Shown: positions 33,383 to 48,612, counted from the stretch's first letter. The stretch is 64,000 bases of DNA from Eledone cirrhosa (GCA_964016885.1 OZ024742.1:65782001-65846000); one strand, 5' to 3'. Numbers and translations are program-made. Notes: generated by a model from the letters alone, not told the origin.

Positions 33383-34383
33383 CTAGCAGAAAAACCACCC
33401 TTCGGGTGGTTTTCTGCTGGCATGTGTAGCGTGCCTATTGTTATTATACACAAATATATATACATGTAGATATGATACATCAAATAGAATCATAATTGAC
33501 AATATACGAAGAAATTGAACGAAGACTGTTACACTGTCTTATGTAATCAGTAACGTAATCCATGATACATTAAAAAAAGACGATATTATATATAAACTGC
33601 ATTAGGAGAAAATTAGTGACGGAAATATATGAATGTTTATTTAAGCGATCGCTAACCAGAAGTGTTGACATTTGAAAATTCTAAAGAAGTGAATCTTGAA
33701 ATAAATGACAAAATTATTTATATTTAATCAGTAATAACGAAATGTAGTAGATAAATTGTGTAATATTCATTTATTCAAAGTAATTTTACTCCTGCTGCTG
33801 AAGAGAACTGGAACCATGTAGTTTGATGTAAATATCGATAGAACACCGAACAAAATAGGTCATAGGGTTCTTAGTGTCGAGCGTTTACTTTATGAGTTAA
33901 ACTCCTATCATTACTTAGAAAAGATCATCAAAATCAGCTCTATACGCATGAGAAGACAAAGCTTTCAAGGAAATATTTTATCCCCTCCATTCTTCTACCT
34001 ACTAACAAATCTCCTGAATGAAACCCCAATATTTATAAACACTACGAACAAACTATACACCATCTCTTCTATATGGGTAATCTAAAACTACTGTTCAAAG
34101 TTCTCTATAAAATATCTTTGTGAATTCAGCATCAATATAAATAACTATTGTTTTTAGACAAATGTGTTAAAGGTACTGTAAGAAGAGACAGATAAAATCA
34201 AATGCTTTTTACTTAAACACACCGACTATAAATAAAGTACCAGTAATGAACTGGGTATTTGTTGGCCTTGTGCCTAAAGTAGAAACAATTATTTATTCAA
34301 AGTAATCCAACTTATTTTACAAAAGGGATAAAAAATTATATTCTGGACGCAGTCCCGCACTCCTTACTTTATTATAGTTTAGA
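33383..34383 (-). mobile_element. Non-autonomous Helitron-like element containing a later insertion
   Basis: Minus strand 5' A|TCTAAACTATAATAAA at 34383; 3' hairpin ACCACCC-gaa-GGGTGGT followed by CTAG|T at 33383. Confidence 0.7.
33786..34230 (+). repeat. 445-bp direct duplicate of 35728-36172
   Basis: About 5 substitutions seen by eye; offset 1942 bp; fused to a SINE 3' end (34231-34290). Confidence 0.95.
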
Positions 34384-34576
34384 TTGAGGACACTCTCGGT
34401 TAACGATTGACTATCTTTATGTATGATTATGTATGAAATCTGCACACACACACACATATATATATACTCACACAGATACGTACGTATATACATAAATGCT
34501 TACATACCTACACACACTCACACACGCACACCCACACACCCACACACACACACGCATACACATATATATAACAATC

Positions 34577-34611
<35 letters not shown>

Positions 34612-37406
34612 GAAATGAGTAAAGGCTTAAGAAAACCATTTGTGAGATGTGTGAGTCATTACTGATGATGACAGGAGGGTGAGAATTGTGTGAGTCAATA
34701 GAATCGAAGAGAGGTGGAGCACCATTTGCAGCTCCAGAATAGTTTAGGGCGCAGTAGTAGAGACAGAAGAGATAACATGAAGGAACATCATACCTTCCTT
34801 TGTAATGTGTTTATCTGTATCTTAGTAAATCCGTTCACTGAGCATAATTTGCATGTATTTTTGAACGTCTCTATAACGCTAACTCCGTACAATATGGGTT
34901 TCATATTGGTTGGAGTGGAGTGGCATGGCTATTGCAGACACTCACCAAATTATCCTTCATACGATCCTCTTATCCCTTCACACTCACAAGTAATAAACAC
35001 ATGCTATTCTATCTATTTGCAGATTTGTGTAATGGGGTTGTTAATGTTAATGATAGTTAAATAAATATCTTGGCCATAGAAATACATTCATAGTGCCGTT
35101 AAAAGGATATGAACTGCCAATATAACGATTTGCAGTCAACGGCTTTATCTCATAGGCCAGTTGCAGATATAATAATATTGTTTATACCACGGACAAACAC
35201 GTCTGACATATAAAGATGTTTACGAGAGCTTTTGTCGATAATAAAGCTAATTTATACCACATATTGTGAATAATGATAATAATAATAATAATGCTCAATA
35301 AAAACGGTGATCTTGTAGTCTATTAATCAATGGCCCAAGAAAGAAAACAAACAAGCAAAAAGCCTAGAAAATGGCGATTGTTATGACAATCAGCAACTTC
35401 TATCTCCTTTCTTTGTTTATGATCTGACGTCACGCCTCTAAGCATGCTGGGAAGAAACTGAAGACAAGGACAGACAATTTGCTCTATTTTTCTTCATATA
35501 CTTTTGATTTTGTGAGTTGTATGTTTTATGTGTTTTTATACGGTTTTGTCAAGTAAAGAATACGACAGAAACAACAAAAACAGCAATAATGTAAATATTC
35601 GCAATAACAGAAATTGAGAATATAGTACGACTCACAAGAAAAACATAGCATTCACTATATACCATATTTGAAATATGATGATGATGATGATAACGTTCAT
35701 GATGGTGACGATGTTGCTATTGCTCTCTTACTCCTGCTGCTGAAGAGAACTGGAACCATGTAGTTTGATGTAAATATCGATAGAACACCGAACAAAATAG
35801 GTCATAGGGTTCTTAGTGTCGAACGTTTACTTTATGAGTTAAACTCATATCATTACTTAGAAAAGATCATCAAAATCAGCTCTATACGCATGAGAAGACA
35901 AAGCTTTCAAGGAAATATTTTATCCCCTCCATTCTTCTACCTACTAACAAATCTCCTGAATGAAACCCCAATATTTATAAACACTACGAACAAACTATAC
36001 ACCATCTCTTCTATATGGGTAATCTAAAACTACTGCTCAAAGTTCTCTATAAAATATCTTTGTGAATTCAGCATCAATATAAATAACTATTGTTTTTAGA
36101 CAAATGTGTTAAAGGTCCTGTAAGAAGAGACAGATAAAATCAAATGTTTTTTACTTAAACACACCGACTATAGACGATTAAAAATGAAGTACTCATACAA
36201 CAACGTTTAGAGGTGTTAGGATTTCTTAAATACCGTCATAAAATACGTAATTATTATTGGGATTAGCTCGCATTAATAGGCGTAGTCTCAGTTAGGCCAA
36301 ACACTCAGCTGGGAGAGGGAATTTGTCTTTGGTTAATCATACGTCTTTGGAGTCTCTTGATTGTCTTTAGCTAGCTGTTCCCATTATAGGGATGCCTCAT
36401 TTACACAATTTTATTTTCTGACAAATATTTTTCATAATTGATTATACATATTCTTTATCGAGTTTTTTGTTTAATGTTTGATTTTGAGCATCTATCAATA
36501 CACTTTCTGTCTATATCTCTGAACACGCTTCACCAAGCAACCGATTGCTAGAGAAATCTTACATTATTATTATCATTATCATTATGGTGTGTTGTTACAG
36601 CGTTACTGGATACAACTTGGTGTTCCTTGGATAAGGGTAATGTTACGTATTGTTTCTATTGCATTGAAAGTACTTTATGAAATATCTGTGCAGTAATTAT
36701 CATTATATCTGCTGATTTTGAGCTCCATAATTTTTGACAAACATTGAGGTATTTTGTTCGCATAGGAATGTGTTTCGTTTGTCAATTTTCAACATTTATA
36801 GAATAAAATGCTTGTTAGATTTAGCTGAGGCTGCGTCTCATTGCGACGACATCTCTCGAGATGTGCCGACACATTTATATTTTTATGGTTTGTAAATTCA
36901 TATTTTATTTACAAATATACGTGGCTCCCCATAGAAAATTATGATGTTTGAGGGAGAGAAATATAAAATGAATGAGGACAAGAGAACCAATTTGAGAAAA
37001 GAAGAGAGATCAACAGGACTAAATCTGCCGGCGTTTCTTCTGGAATCAACAACTGTGTTGCTACCATAGCAACATTACTGATCATCATAACAACAACGAT
37101 ATCATTACGAACAAATTATGTACTGTGGGGAATACAACGAACTCAAATATTCCCCATAAATTTGTAACTAGTGCCGTGGTCACTGTTATTTTTGTCATAA
37201 TTTATATTATCAATGTTGGGGATCTATCTGGTGTTAATGTCGATGGTGTGGAGCTAATTATAGAACTGATTATGGAAACAAAACATAAGCAAAAGAAAAA
37301 ATAACACTCTCACTATCCTCACAATATATTATGGGAAAACAACGAAAACCACAAAAACAATTCAGACATTACAAAAATAAAATAAATATATAACAAATCA
37401 CATTAC

Positions 37407-37622
37407 CATTGTGCGCAACGAAACAATTTCTTCATGTAGAGGTTCAATTGCGTGTTGGACAGCATCATGAATAACCTCGGTTAATGTTCGAATCAGGGTA
37501 GGATCCAATTCCTGTGTCTTACTCGACGTAGCTTCACAATCCGAATTTAATGTACTAATCCGGTCACCATCCGAAGGGGGATTACTGAGCCACGATAATT
37601 TACTCCATCGGTTAGTAGACAT
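37407..37622 (-). CDS. Possible host coding exon or ORF1-like fragment of unknown product
   Basis: Non-repetitive [14 protein letters not shown]...[33 protein letters not shown] with an amphipathic helix, in-frame upstream stop and a G|GTAATG donor-like end. Confidence 0.3.
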
Positions 37623-37725
37623 CCTTTAATCCGGGCCTTTATATAGATAGATTTATAGCTATTACATGAATGCTCGTGAATATATATATATATGTATATG
37701 TATATGTATATATGTATGTATATGT

Positions 37726-37792
<67 letters not shown>

Positions 37793-37830
37793 TGTATATG
37801 TATATGTATATATGTATATATATATATAAG

Positions 37831-37925
<95 letters not shown>

Positions 37926-38155
37926 ATATACATGTATTTGTATATATATATATATATATATGCATGTGTGTGGTGTTTGCATGTGTTAATGTATATGTAG
38001 ATATGTCGCTATGTTCATATATAACCACGTAATATTCTGTGTATATGTGTATAACTTATATTTGTATGTTTTCTCTGAATACATGTATATATTTGGACCA
38101 TCATTGTAATATGTATAAGGGAAGTTGTGTTCCTGTGTGCTAAATATTTTGACGT

Positions 38156-38191
<36 letters not shown>

Positions 38192-38193
<2 letters not shown>

Positions 38194-38412
38194 TATCAAC
38201 TAGAAATTGATTGACATATAAATATATCTAAAATAAACATATGAAACAATCGCAGTGATTGTTTCATATGTTTATTTTAGATATATTTATATGTCAATCA
38301 ATTTCTAGTTGATATAAAATGCTCGGATGTATTCATTGGAATCTTGGAGCATATTTTACGGGTGATATGGCGCATGTCTATCTGACATGACACCCTTAAT
38401 TTAACTTAATTT

Positions 38413-38415
<3 letters not shown>
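38192..38415. repeat. Perfect 60-bp-arm hairpin with ~100-nt tail in (TA)n
   Basis: Arms 38192-38251 and 38257-38316, loop GCAGT. Confidence 0.85.
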
Positions 38416-38464
<49 letters not shown>

Positions 38465-38599
38465 CTAGTTGGTTCACCACTGGATAGAACTAGTCATTCC
38501 GTATGGTCAACCTCGATGTAATATTATGGAGAGTACTCAACGTAATGTAACTCACCCGTCTCCGTTTGTGTAGTTGGTGGTGCGAGTACGGAGTTAATT

Positions 38600-39065
38600 A
38601 TTATAAAATAACAGGAGGCTGGACTGGTGTAAATCCTTGAAAAGTTTATTATACTATTATCATTTCAATGACCGGGTCAGTATGTATCAGGTGACATCAT
38701 CAGGTATTCGAAATATAACAAAGGAATATAACAGATAGAATCCATGGGGCTGAAAATCAGAGACAAGAGGATGACCGACTATTTAGCAGCTTCTACCTCA
38801 GTCGGTCGCCCTTGAGTGTTGATTATTAAGTCTACTGATGACCATCTGGTGAGGGCGAGTAAGCTTATAATGTACTACTACCTACCCGTCAAAGAGAAAA
38901 GGTCTTGCCACAATCAGGCTGACCGTGCGTGCTAGAAATTGCCGCCAAAAATGTTTTTTCCAAAGCACATATATCTTTAACAAATAGCCCGGTCATTGAA
39001 ATGATCATAGTATAATAAACCTTTCAAGGATTTACACCAGTCAAACCTCCTGTTATTTTATAATT
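38600..39065. mobile_element. PLE-like element with ~78-bp inverted ends and a decayed HHR
   Basis: 38600-38678 inverted with 38988-39065; minus-strand CTGATGA...CCGG-TC at ~38670-38703 lacking an intact GAAA. Confidence 0.55.
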
Positions 39066-39395
39066 ATATATATATGAATGTGTGTATGTGACTTATGTAT
39101 TTCAATATTATGTTTCGTTTGTGCGATGATAATACTATTAATGATGATAACGATAATATTATTACTACATTGCGTAACAGAATCTATAGCAAAAACAAAA
39201 AAAGGTTATTCCTCACTTTCTTTATCTATCCTGTCTACAACGTTACCATCCTCATCATCATCAAACTGATCAAATACTTCATCATTACCCACATATCCAT
39301 CATAATCTTTATATCAACTTAAGAAAATATTCTATTCCATTTACTGTCATCCATGCATCCCAGTGCAATGCAGTATGATCCACGTTGATTCAGTT

Positions 39396-39455
<60 letters not shown>

Positions 39456-39617
39456 CTTCCCTCTACTTAGGAATCTTGTATGCATTTAGAAATATATGCA
39501 TACAAGCTTACATGATACCAAACTACATACTCATTCATTTATTGCGCACATATATATTGGTTTATCATATATATATATATTTATCATATATATATGATTT
39601 ATATATAGTTTATCATA

Positions 39618-39771
<154 letters not shown>

Positions 39772-39779
39772 CATATATA

Positions 39780-40380
39780 TATAAGGAAGAAATTAAAAGA
39801 TGGTTAAAAAAGTTCCGTATTTTATTATGCGCATTTCGAAAACAATATCATCCTGGGACAAACAATGTGTTCTCATCAGATAAAATAAGGTAACATGATA
39901 TGAGGCCTAAAAACACTTGTGAACAAAGAAGTGTCCAGTCAACATATGACAAAAATATAAGAGAAGAGAAAAAATAGGAAAAATGAAGAAAAGGAAAGAA
40001 GAAGGAAAAAGGAAAAAGAAATAGAAGAGGAAAACGAAAGAAAGAAAGAAGGATGAGAGAGAAAGAGTAAGAGAGAGAGAGAGATAGTTTTGATCAAGAA
40101 CGCTGTCCAAAAATGAATAAAGGTTAAAAAAAATATATATATAATAAAAATAAAAATAAATATAAAAATAAATAAATAAATAAATAGATTGATGAGGTGA
40201 ATGTGCTAATATAACGAAAATTAAATGTCTAGAATATTATTAATACAGGATGATGTTGTTTTCGAAATGCGCATAATAAAATATATGGAACTTTTTTAAC
40301 CATCTTTTAATTTCTTCTTTATATATATACTCCAGTTCTACCAACTGTTGAGTGCTACTTATCTGATATATGCATAGTTT
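39780..40380. mobile_element. pLTR family 'TGCGCA-HHR', inverted arms with tail
   Basis: 39780-39865 inverted with 40247-40325; minus-strand TTTTAT-CTGATGA-stemII-GAAA-TGCGCA-TA-ATAAAA at ~39820-39885. Confidence 0.8.
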
Positions 40381-40822
40381 TATTGTTCTACAATATTATG
40401 TAATTTATTTAAAGATTTTTTCTATATTTGCATTCACTTGATTTTATATGTTCTGGCTTGTTAATTTATTAACTTGCCATTGAATCACACAGGCATATGG
40501 TCGGACTATACTTGTGTCACTGTGTGTATTAATTACATGTAGGAACACATTCTTTTATTATTATTCTCCCCAATGGCAGAGAAACTTTTGGTCGTCTGAA
40601 TGGCTGCTATTTTTAGCAGTACAGGATTGACCTGTCCACCGTGCTTTTACCTTTGCATACGGTACCATGACAAAACTGCTTTATCATTCATTTGCTCTCA
40701 TTCTGAGGCAGTTTGGATTGGTGTCAGTTTGTAATTTATAACCCGGGAATTTTATATTCTGCGAGAGAGAAATACCTTCTGACGATAATCTCTTTCTCAA
40801 TGTAAAATCCGATTGAATTATC

Positions 40823-41472
<650 letters not shown>

Positions 41473-41507
41473 TATGTAGGAGGTGAGTTTATGTAGGAGG
41501 TGAGTTT

Positions 41508-41834
41508 TATTGTAGCACAATAAAGTAATGCAAATATCGGATAAGTACCATTCAACAGTTTATAGGACTGGAGTATAAATAATATAAAATCAAAAGATGG
41601 TTAAAAGAGTTCCATGTATTTTATTATGCGCATATCAAAAACAAATATCATCATGGGATGATATTTGCGTTCTCATCACATAAAATAGGGAGACAAGAGT
41701 TTTTTAAGCTTCATATCATGTCTCCCTATTTTATCTGATGAGAACGCAAATATCATCCCATGATGCTATTTGCTTTTGAAATGCGCATAATAAAATACAT
41801 GGAACTCTTTTATCCATCTTTTGATTTTATATTA
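41508..41834. mobile_element. 'TGCGCA-HHR' hairpin with tail
   Basis: Arms 41580-41695 and 41719-41834; HHR CTGATGA 41735-41, GAAA 41778-81, TGCGCA-TA; tail to the left. Confidence 0.85.
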
Positions 41835-42130
41835 TATACATATATATATATATACATATACATATATTTATATATATGTATGTATGTATGTTTGTATGTT
41901 TTATGTATGTATGTATCTGTGTATGTATGTAGGTGTATGTCTGTCTCTATATATACATGTATGTATATATGTGTCTGTTTGTTGCTTGTGTGTGTGTGCG
42001 CGTGTGCGTGTATGTATATATATATATAGACACACATAGATATACACATGCACCCGCACATAAACAACAGACTCGTACACATACATAACATCTATCTATA
42101 TATCCATTTATCTATCTATCGATAGATCTC

Positions 42131-42182
<52 letters not shown>

Positions 42183-43143
42183 CACACACACACACACACA
42201 TACACACACACTCACACACACACACACACACATAAATATATATTCATTGAACATAAACCTACAAAAGCTAATTAACGGTGTTGTTTGTGATGGGTAATGG
42301 AGGAGATTGGTGTCTTTCTGGTTAATATTTGCTGGAGACGTGGCGGCATTATTGATTAGGACTGTTTATTGGAATGGTTAAATGCTATATATTGACAGGA
42401 GTGGGCCGGGGTGCGATGTGGTACGGTTTCATTTAGAAAGGGACGAAAAGGAAGAGGGTCATGATAGGAATGATGATGATGATCATGATGATGATGACGA
42501 CGTTATTGATGTTGATAATGTCGATGATGATTACTTTAGAAATGGCGTTGGTTAAAATGATGGTGATAATGGTGGCCATGATATCGGTTTATTTGATGCA
42601 TTTATGTAAAATTTGCTCTTTAGATATAAGTGACTACAAAGTCGACTGTAATTTTAACAAGTTAGATATAATATCAATAACCGGAGTTGATGATATTTCA
42701 AGTTAGCCTCTGCGTACATAAATACATGCATACATTCATACATACATGCATACATACATACGTACATACATAAATACATACACTCATACATATATACATA
42801 CATGCATATGTATATACATGCACACACACTCATATAATTTACATAAATGAATAAATAAATATATATAAATATACATATATGTATATATATGTTTACTATA
42901 CAGGGAAATTCCTATTTTCTAACATGTATACATGGCTATGTATTACAAATGTGTATATTTATAACACACATTAGTGCAATCTTGTTTTTCCTTCTCTGTA
43001 TGATATATATATATATATAGAGAGAGAGAAAGAGTGAATAATAATATGGTCAACAGTAGCTCTACGCTAAAACCATCCATAAATCCATAATACGAAGTAT
43101 TCACAACCTCTAACTGGATTACCTATAACGATATTTTGTTATC

Positions 43144-43180
<37 letters not shown>

Positions 43181-43457
43181 GCTCAGTCCTTTCTCTCCAT
43201 AGGGATATTTTCCCCAATTTTAAAACTTATTTATAGCAATCGACTGTATTTACACTTATTTCTGCGCCTGAAACACTTACGTCTTTTTCTGGAGTCTCTC
43301 CTGGTTATCCCTCCTCCCATTATTGGTAGTGTTATAATTTCTGTTATCACTACTATTAGTATTGTTGTTGCTGATAGTGTACTATTATGGACAGCATCGA
43401 CATGACTTGGAGTCTGAGATATGAAGCTAATCAAACTGTGACTGACATATCACTCAC

Positions 43458-43594
43458 CCATCGACACAGGGACTCTACAACTGCCTGGATACTAGAATTA
43501 GTGACCCTTTCTTAGACTCAGTTTCTGGAGTTTCAGTCAATCCTGATTGAATAGCAGAAGTGAGCAGAGTCTTAAAACTGTTTGACACTAACTG
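43458..43594 (-). other. Possible non-coding or 5'UTR exon
   Basis: TTATTTCAG| acceptor and ATGG|GTGAGT donor bracket a 137-nt non-repetitive block; stops in all three frames. Confidence 0.3.
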
Positions 43595-44064
43595 CTGAAA
43601 TAAATCATGTTTCATTTTCTTTCAATTATTTTTCAATTATTTTTAATGCACTTTGTTATTCAGCCAGTTCAGCATTAAACCTTTCCATGCCGATTAATAT
43701 GTGGCCTGTAGGTATCTGCTGAATACTTTGATTGGTCCTATGACATCGTGAATGCGAAAGAAATTTTCTAAACGTTAGTTATACACCTATACACAATATG
43801 ATCAGCATTAATTAGCATACATTCATTAACACGCACATATACTTACACGCATATTACGTATGCCCAGACAAACACACCACACACATGTAAATGTCGAGTT
43901 GAGGTTGACTTGTTTCTTTATAGTAATTAGAGTTTTGCGCTGGCAAGGGAGTCCTTAGATGGTATTTAAGAGAAACGATACAGAAAACATGTACATGCAC
44001 ATACATCACACATACATACAGATATAGATACACACCCATCCATACCTATAAATAAATATATATG

Positions 44065-44164
<100 letters not shown>

Positions 44165-44218
44165 CATATATATATGTGTATATATATATAGACATATATA
44201 GACATATATTTATATGTA

Positions 44219-44280
<62 letters not shown>

Positions 44281-44504
44281 TATGTATATGCAGACAGGCA
44301 AATGAACCTTAATTACAAAAATACAAAAAAAAAAAGAACCATTATTCTTAACAATCAATCGATACACAGCAAAAAATGTTTCACGTACCTTAAACTAACA
44401 AATAGTTAATACACACACACACACTCACACACACATACACATACACACATGCATACACACATATACACGCGCATAAATATATTTACATCTATCTATCCAT
44501 CGGA

Positions 44505-44555
<51 letters not shown>

Positions 44556-44587
44556 CACATATTTATAAATATATATATATATATATA

Positions 44588-44775
44588 TAGGAAAATGTAT
44601 GATCCCCGACGGCAGAGCTCAAGCCGTTTCGACGGCTATTTCTGTCCAGAAATAGCCGTCGAAACGGCTTGAGCTCTGCCGTCGGGGTCATACATTTTCC
44701 TATTACCCACTCTACTACCCTAAGTATTGAGTACTCTGGTGCGTTATGGTCCATCTGGTTACCACAACCCCTTCG

Positions 44776-44776
<1 letters not shown>
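44588..44776. mobile_element. Short hairpin-plus-tail element (family also at ~24125-24240, 27100-27230, 28337-28377, 40975-41030, 41233-41295, 49425-49560)
   Basis: CGACGGCAGAGCTCAAGCCGTTTCGACGGCTATTTC and its inverse form a hairpin 44588-44702; tail TTACCCACTCTACTACC...GAGTACTCTGG; always next to (TA)n or a simple repeat. Confidence 0.75.
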
Positions 44777-44856
<80 letters not shown>

Positions 44857-44902
44857 TAGATAGATATATACACACACATATATATATACACACATATATA
44901 TA

Positions 44903-44953
<51 letters not shown>

Positions 44954-45224
44954 TTCCATATTGTAGTTTTAATGGACGATTTCAAGCTTGATTTTTGACG
45001 GTGAAGAGAATTTTTAAAACCTCTATCAAAGAGAACATTTAAAACTTTCAATATATCTAGTTAACAATTTCACCTTATTTCTTTGAAGTCGTATTTTAGA
45101 ATAATTTTTGTTGTTTCCTCTTTTTTGCTTTGTTATGATTTTTACTGTATATAAATAATGAACGAGTTATGGAGAATACATGCACACACATACACAGAAA
45201 CACACACATACACACAGACACACA

Positions 45225-45263
<39 letters not shown>

Positions 45264-46184
45264 TTATGTATACAAACTCAAACTCACACGCAAACACCAA
45301 ATATGTTGGTTACAGAAATATTAGCCAAACTTTTTCAGTATTCAGTCACACTAATACATACTTAAAGACACATGCACATCATCATTTTAAGTCTCCTTGC
45401 ATTATACCATTTTATTACTTACACAATATACATACATACTCACACATATTTATATAGTTGTATGTCTGCGTATCTATGTATGTGTGGTTATTGTAAAAAG
45501 GATACTTTACAAGTCTACATATAAATACGTATAATTTGTACATTTACAAACAAACCATTTGATATATACTATAGTTTATACAATAAAACCGCTCGCATAC
45601 ACACTTCTTCTCGCACACATACACAAATATATATGCACGTATATATATAGACAACCTCACGTACACATACCGTCATGTACAACTGCATTCAACTATAGGA
45701 ATGTATTTTAAAGAAGCTAATGTCAGATTCTTCTCTGGATATTTGTTTTAATAAAACTGCAATTGGATAAAGTAATCGTTGATAGGATGGTCGCGGGTTG
45801 AATGGGTTTGATCTTACATTTGCCCGATCAGGGATGAGCCGAAACTCAAGACGACAGTTATTCACATATACACATGAAACCTTTACTTTAACTATTGCAC
45901 TCCGCATACATACTACACTTTCTTTCCGACTGATCAGGTTAGAAAGTTATAGGTTTGATTACCAACAATGACATCAGCAGGGACTATAGCAAGAAAAACC
46001 TTAACAATATCAACAACATTATGTACAATATATTCATTTCACCCCCCTCGAATTACCATCAGACAATACCAAATTTTGTTTTCAGTTTTAGCTGTAGCAA
46101 TATCTTAACTTTGGTTTTAATTGTTGAACGATAACATAAATTGCCCCCTCATATACACTCAACAAATTCCGCCTATGCAAGTTC

Positions 46185-46330
<146 letters not shown>

Positions 46331-46698
46331 TTATATATATACATTATGCCAAAATTACGTCACACACAGCCACTTTAATAATGAGCCGTCAAGCACTCGA
46401 TAAATCCTCTAAAAGTAACACCCTAAAGGAACATATTGAAGTCTTAAAAAAGAAAAGTGCACAGTCGCCAATATGGTCCTAGATATGGAAAAGAATGCTG
46501 TCGATCACAGGTCTAGTTGATTTAACGCCGACTTGGAACTAAACAACAATAGTCTAGTTCTTGCAACACAACATAAAAAAATATAAAAAATACCCAAGAT
46601 GTTAAAGAAATATCACATAAATACTATATCAAAAGACGACGCAAAAGGCATAAATCTCAATGTCATTATTCACATACATATAAATATAAATATAAGCA

Positions 46699-47350
46699 CA
46701 CGAAAGCAAAATATAATTGTTTCTACTTTTGGCAATTATCCCAGTATATTACTGGTACTTTATTTTATCGACATCGTGAGGATGAAAGTCAAAGTTAACC
46801 TCGGCGGAATTTAAACTCATATCATGAAGAGCCGTAACTCTATGCTGTAAATCATAGAGTTACGACCCTTTATGATCTGAGTTCAAATCCCGCAGAGGTT
46901 AACTTTACCTTTCATCCTTACGAGGTCGATAAAATAAAGTAACACGAATGCAAAATATAATTGTTTCTACTTTTGGCACAAGGCCAGCAATTACGCAGTG
47001 CATTACTGGTACTTTATTTTATCGACCCCGTAAGGATGAAAGGCAAAGTTAACCTTGGCGGGATTTGAACTCAGAATGGCAAGGGCCGTAACTCTATGCG
47101 TCAAAGAATGGCGTCCGACCCTCTACCGATAATGCCAATGCAAAATATAATTGTTTCTACTTTAGGCACAAAGCCAGCAATTATCAGTACATTACTGGTA
47201 CTTTATTTTATCGACCCCGAAAGGATGAAAGGCAAAGTTAACCTCGGCGGGATTTGAACTCAGACTATAAAGGGACGTAACTATGCTAGAAAGCATGGCG
47301 TCCAACCCTCTACCGATACTGCCAATTCACTGCCCTATGCAAAATATAAT
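46699..47350 (-). mobile_element. Cluster of three SINE family A insertions, the first folded back
   Basis: Copies ~46716-46940 (fold-back), 46958-47137, 47148-47336, separated by GCAAAATATAAT repeats. Confidence 0.9.
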
Positions 47351-47758
47351 TACGATTAAATATACTAACTTACATGTACGAATAAGATCAACTAAGGAAA
47401 CAGAGATTTGAAAATTATTTAAGAAAATCAAGATCTACCAGACTAGCATCCATCACTTAAGAACATGTCCATCGCTTGTGGCTACCGTAAAGAAAGGAAA
47501 TAAACAAAGACAGAAAGAAAGAAGAAAGAAAGATAACAATGCCATTGGCTATCCATTCGCCCATAGCCGTTAGCCCTATCATTTACTTCCTTCATGGTAT
47601 TTCGGTCAAATATCGGCTAAATCAGTAGAATATATTCCTTTAAATTTATTACCTCTCAACAATATGCTAAATATATCCTAATTAGGTCAAGTCCGTCAAA
47701 TATCAGCAGCAGATATTTCCCTTTAATTACCACTTCAATGCAAATGAGCTACAGTTTC

Positions 47759-48566
47759 AAATATTTCTACAGCCTCAATGAAAATAATGGCACACCCTTT
47801 TATAATTACTACTTTAAGGAAATCTCCTAAATATTCTTTGATCTCAATATAAATAAAATTAATTTCATGGCCATTCAAGTACGCTTTTCAAATACAAACT
47901 TGAATTAACCCCCACAATTTCTATTGCCTCAAAATAATAAAATTTCATAGCTCTACGCTTTTCATTTGTAAACTTGAAATAACGCCAAATTTTCTTACAT
48001 TCCTACATTCAACACAAAAACACGGACGGAAATGCCGTACCAAATTTTTTTCTTCGTATGACTGACCTACCATATGTTTTAAAAGTTTATTCACTTCTTC
48101 CGTAAAAAAAGAAACATTCATTTGGCAACATATCCTACCGTCCATAAGTGCTGAAAAATTCCTGGCTTAAGGGTATAGCGAAAGTGTAGCGCTGTTATCT
48201 ATACAGGAGAATATGTTGAATGAAATCATAAATAACTGATCCTTCTGTATTTTCTTTTACCGAAAGCCAATAACTTTTCTGCACCCAGTTGTGTATGTGA
48301 ATGTATATATATATATATATATATATACATACATTCACATACACAACTGGGTGTATATAAATATATATATATATGAAGGTATGTATATTTCCTCTGATAG
48401 TTTGTAATATTTTTACATAGATCTATATATGAAGGTATATATATGTGAAGGTATGTATATTTCCTATGATAGTTTGTAATATTTTTTACATAGATCTATA
48501 TGATATACATACCAACACACATATATATCCTAGAAACGATCGTAAAATGATGAATTTTTTATATGA

Positions 48567-48612
<46 letters not shown>

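Noticed and set aside
33786-34230. Helitron capture of host DNA
   Set aside because: The segment is fused to a SINE tail and bounded by its own 16-bp TSD, which fits a later retro-insertion better
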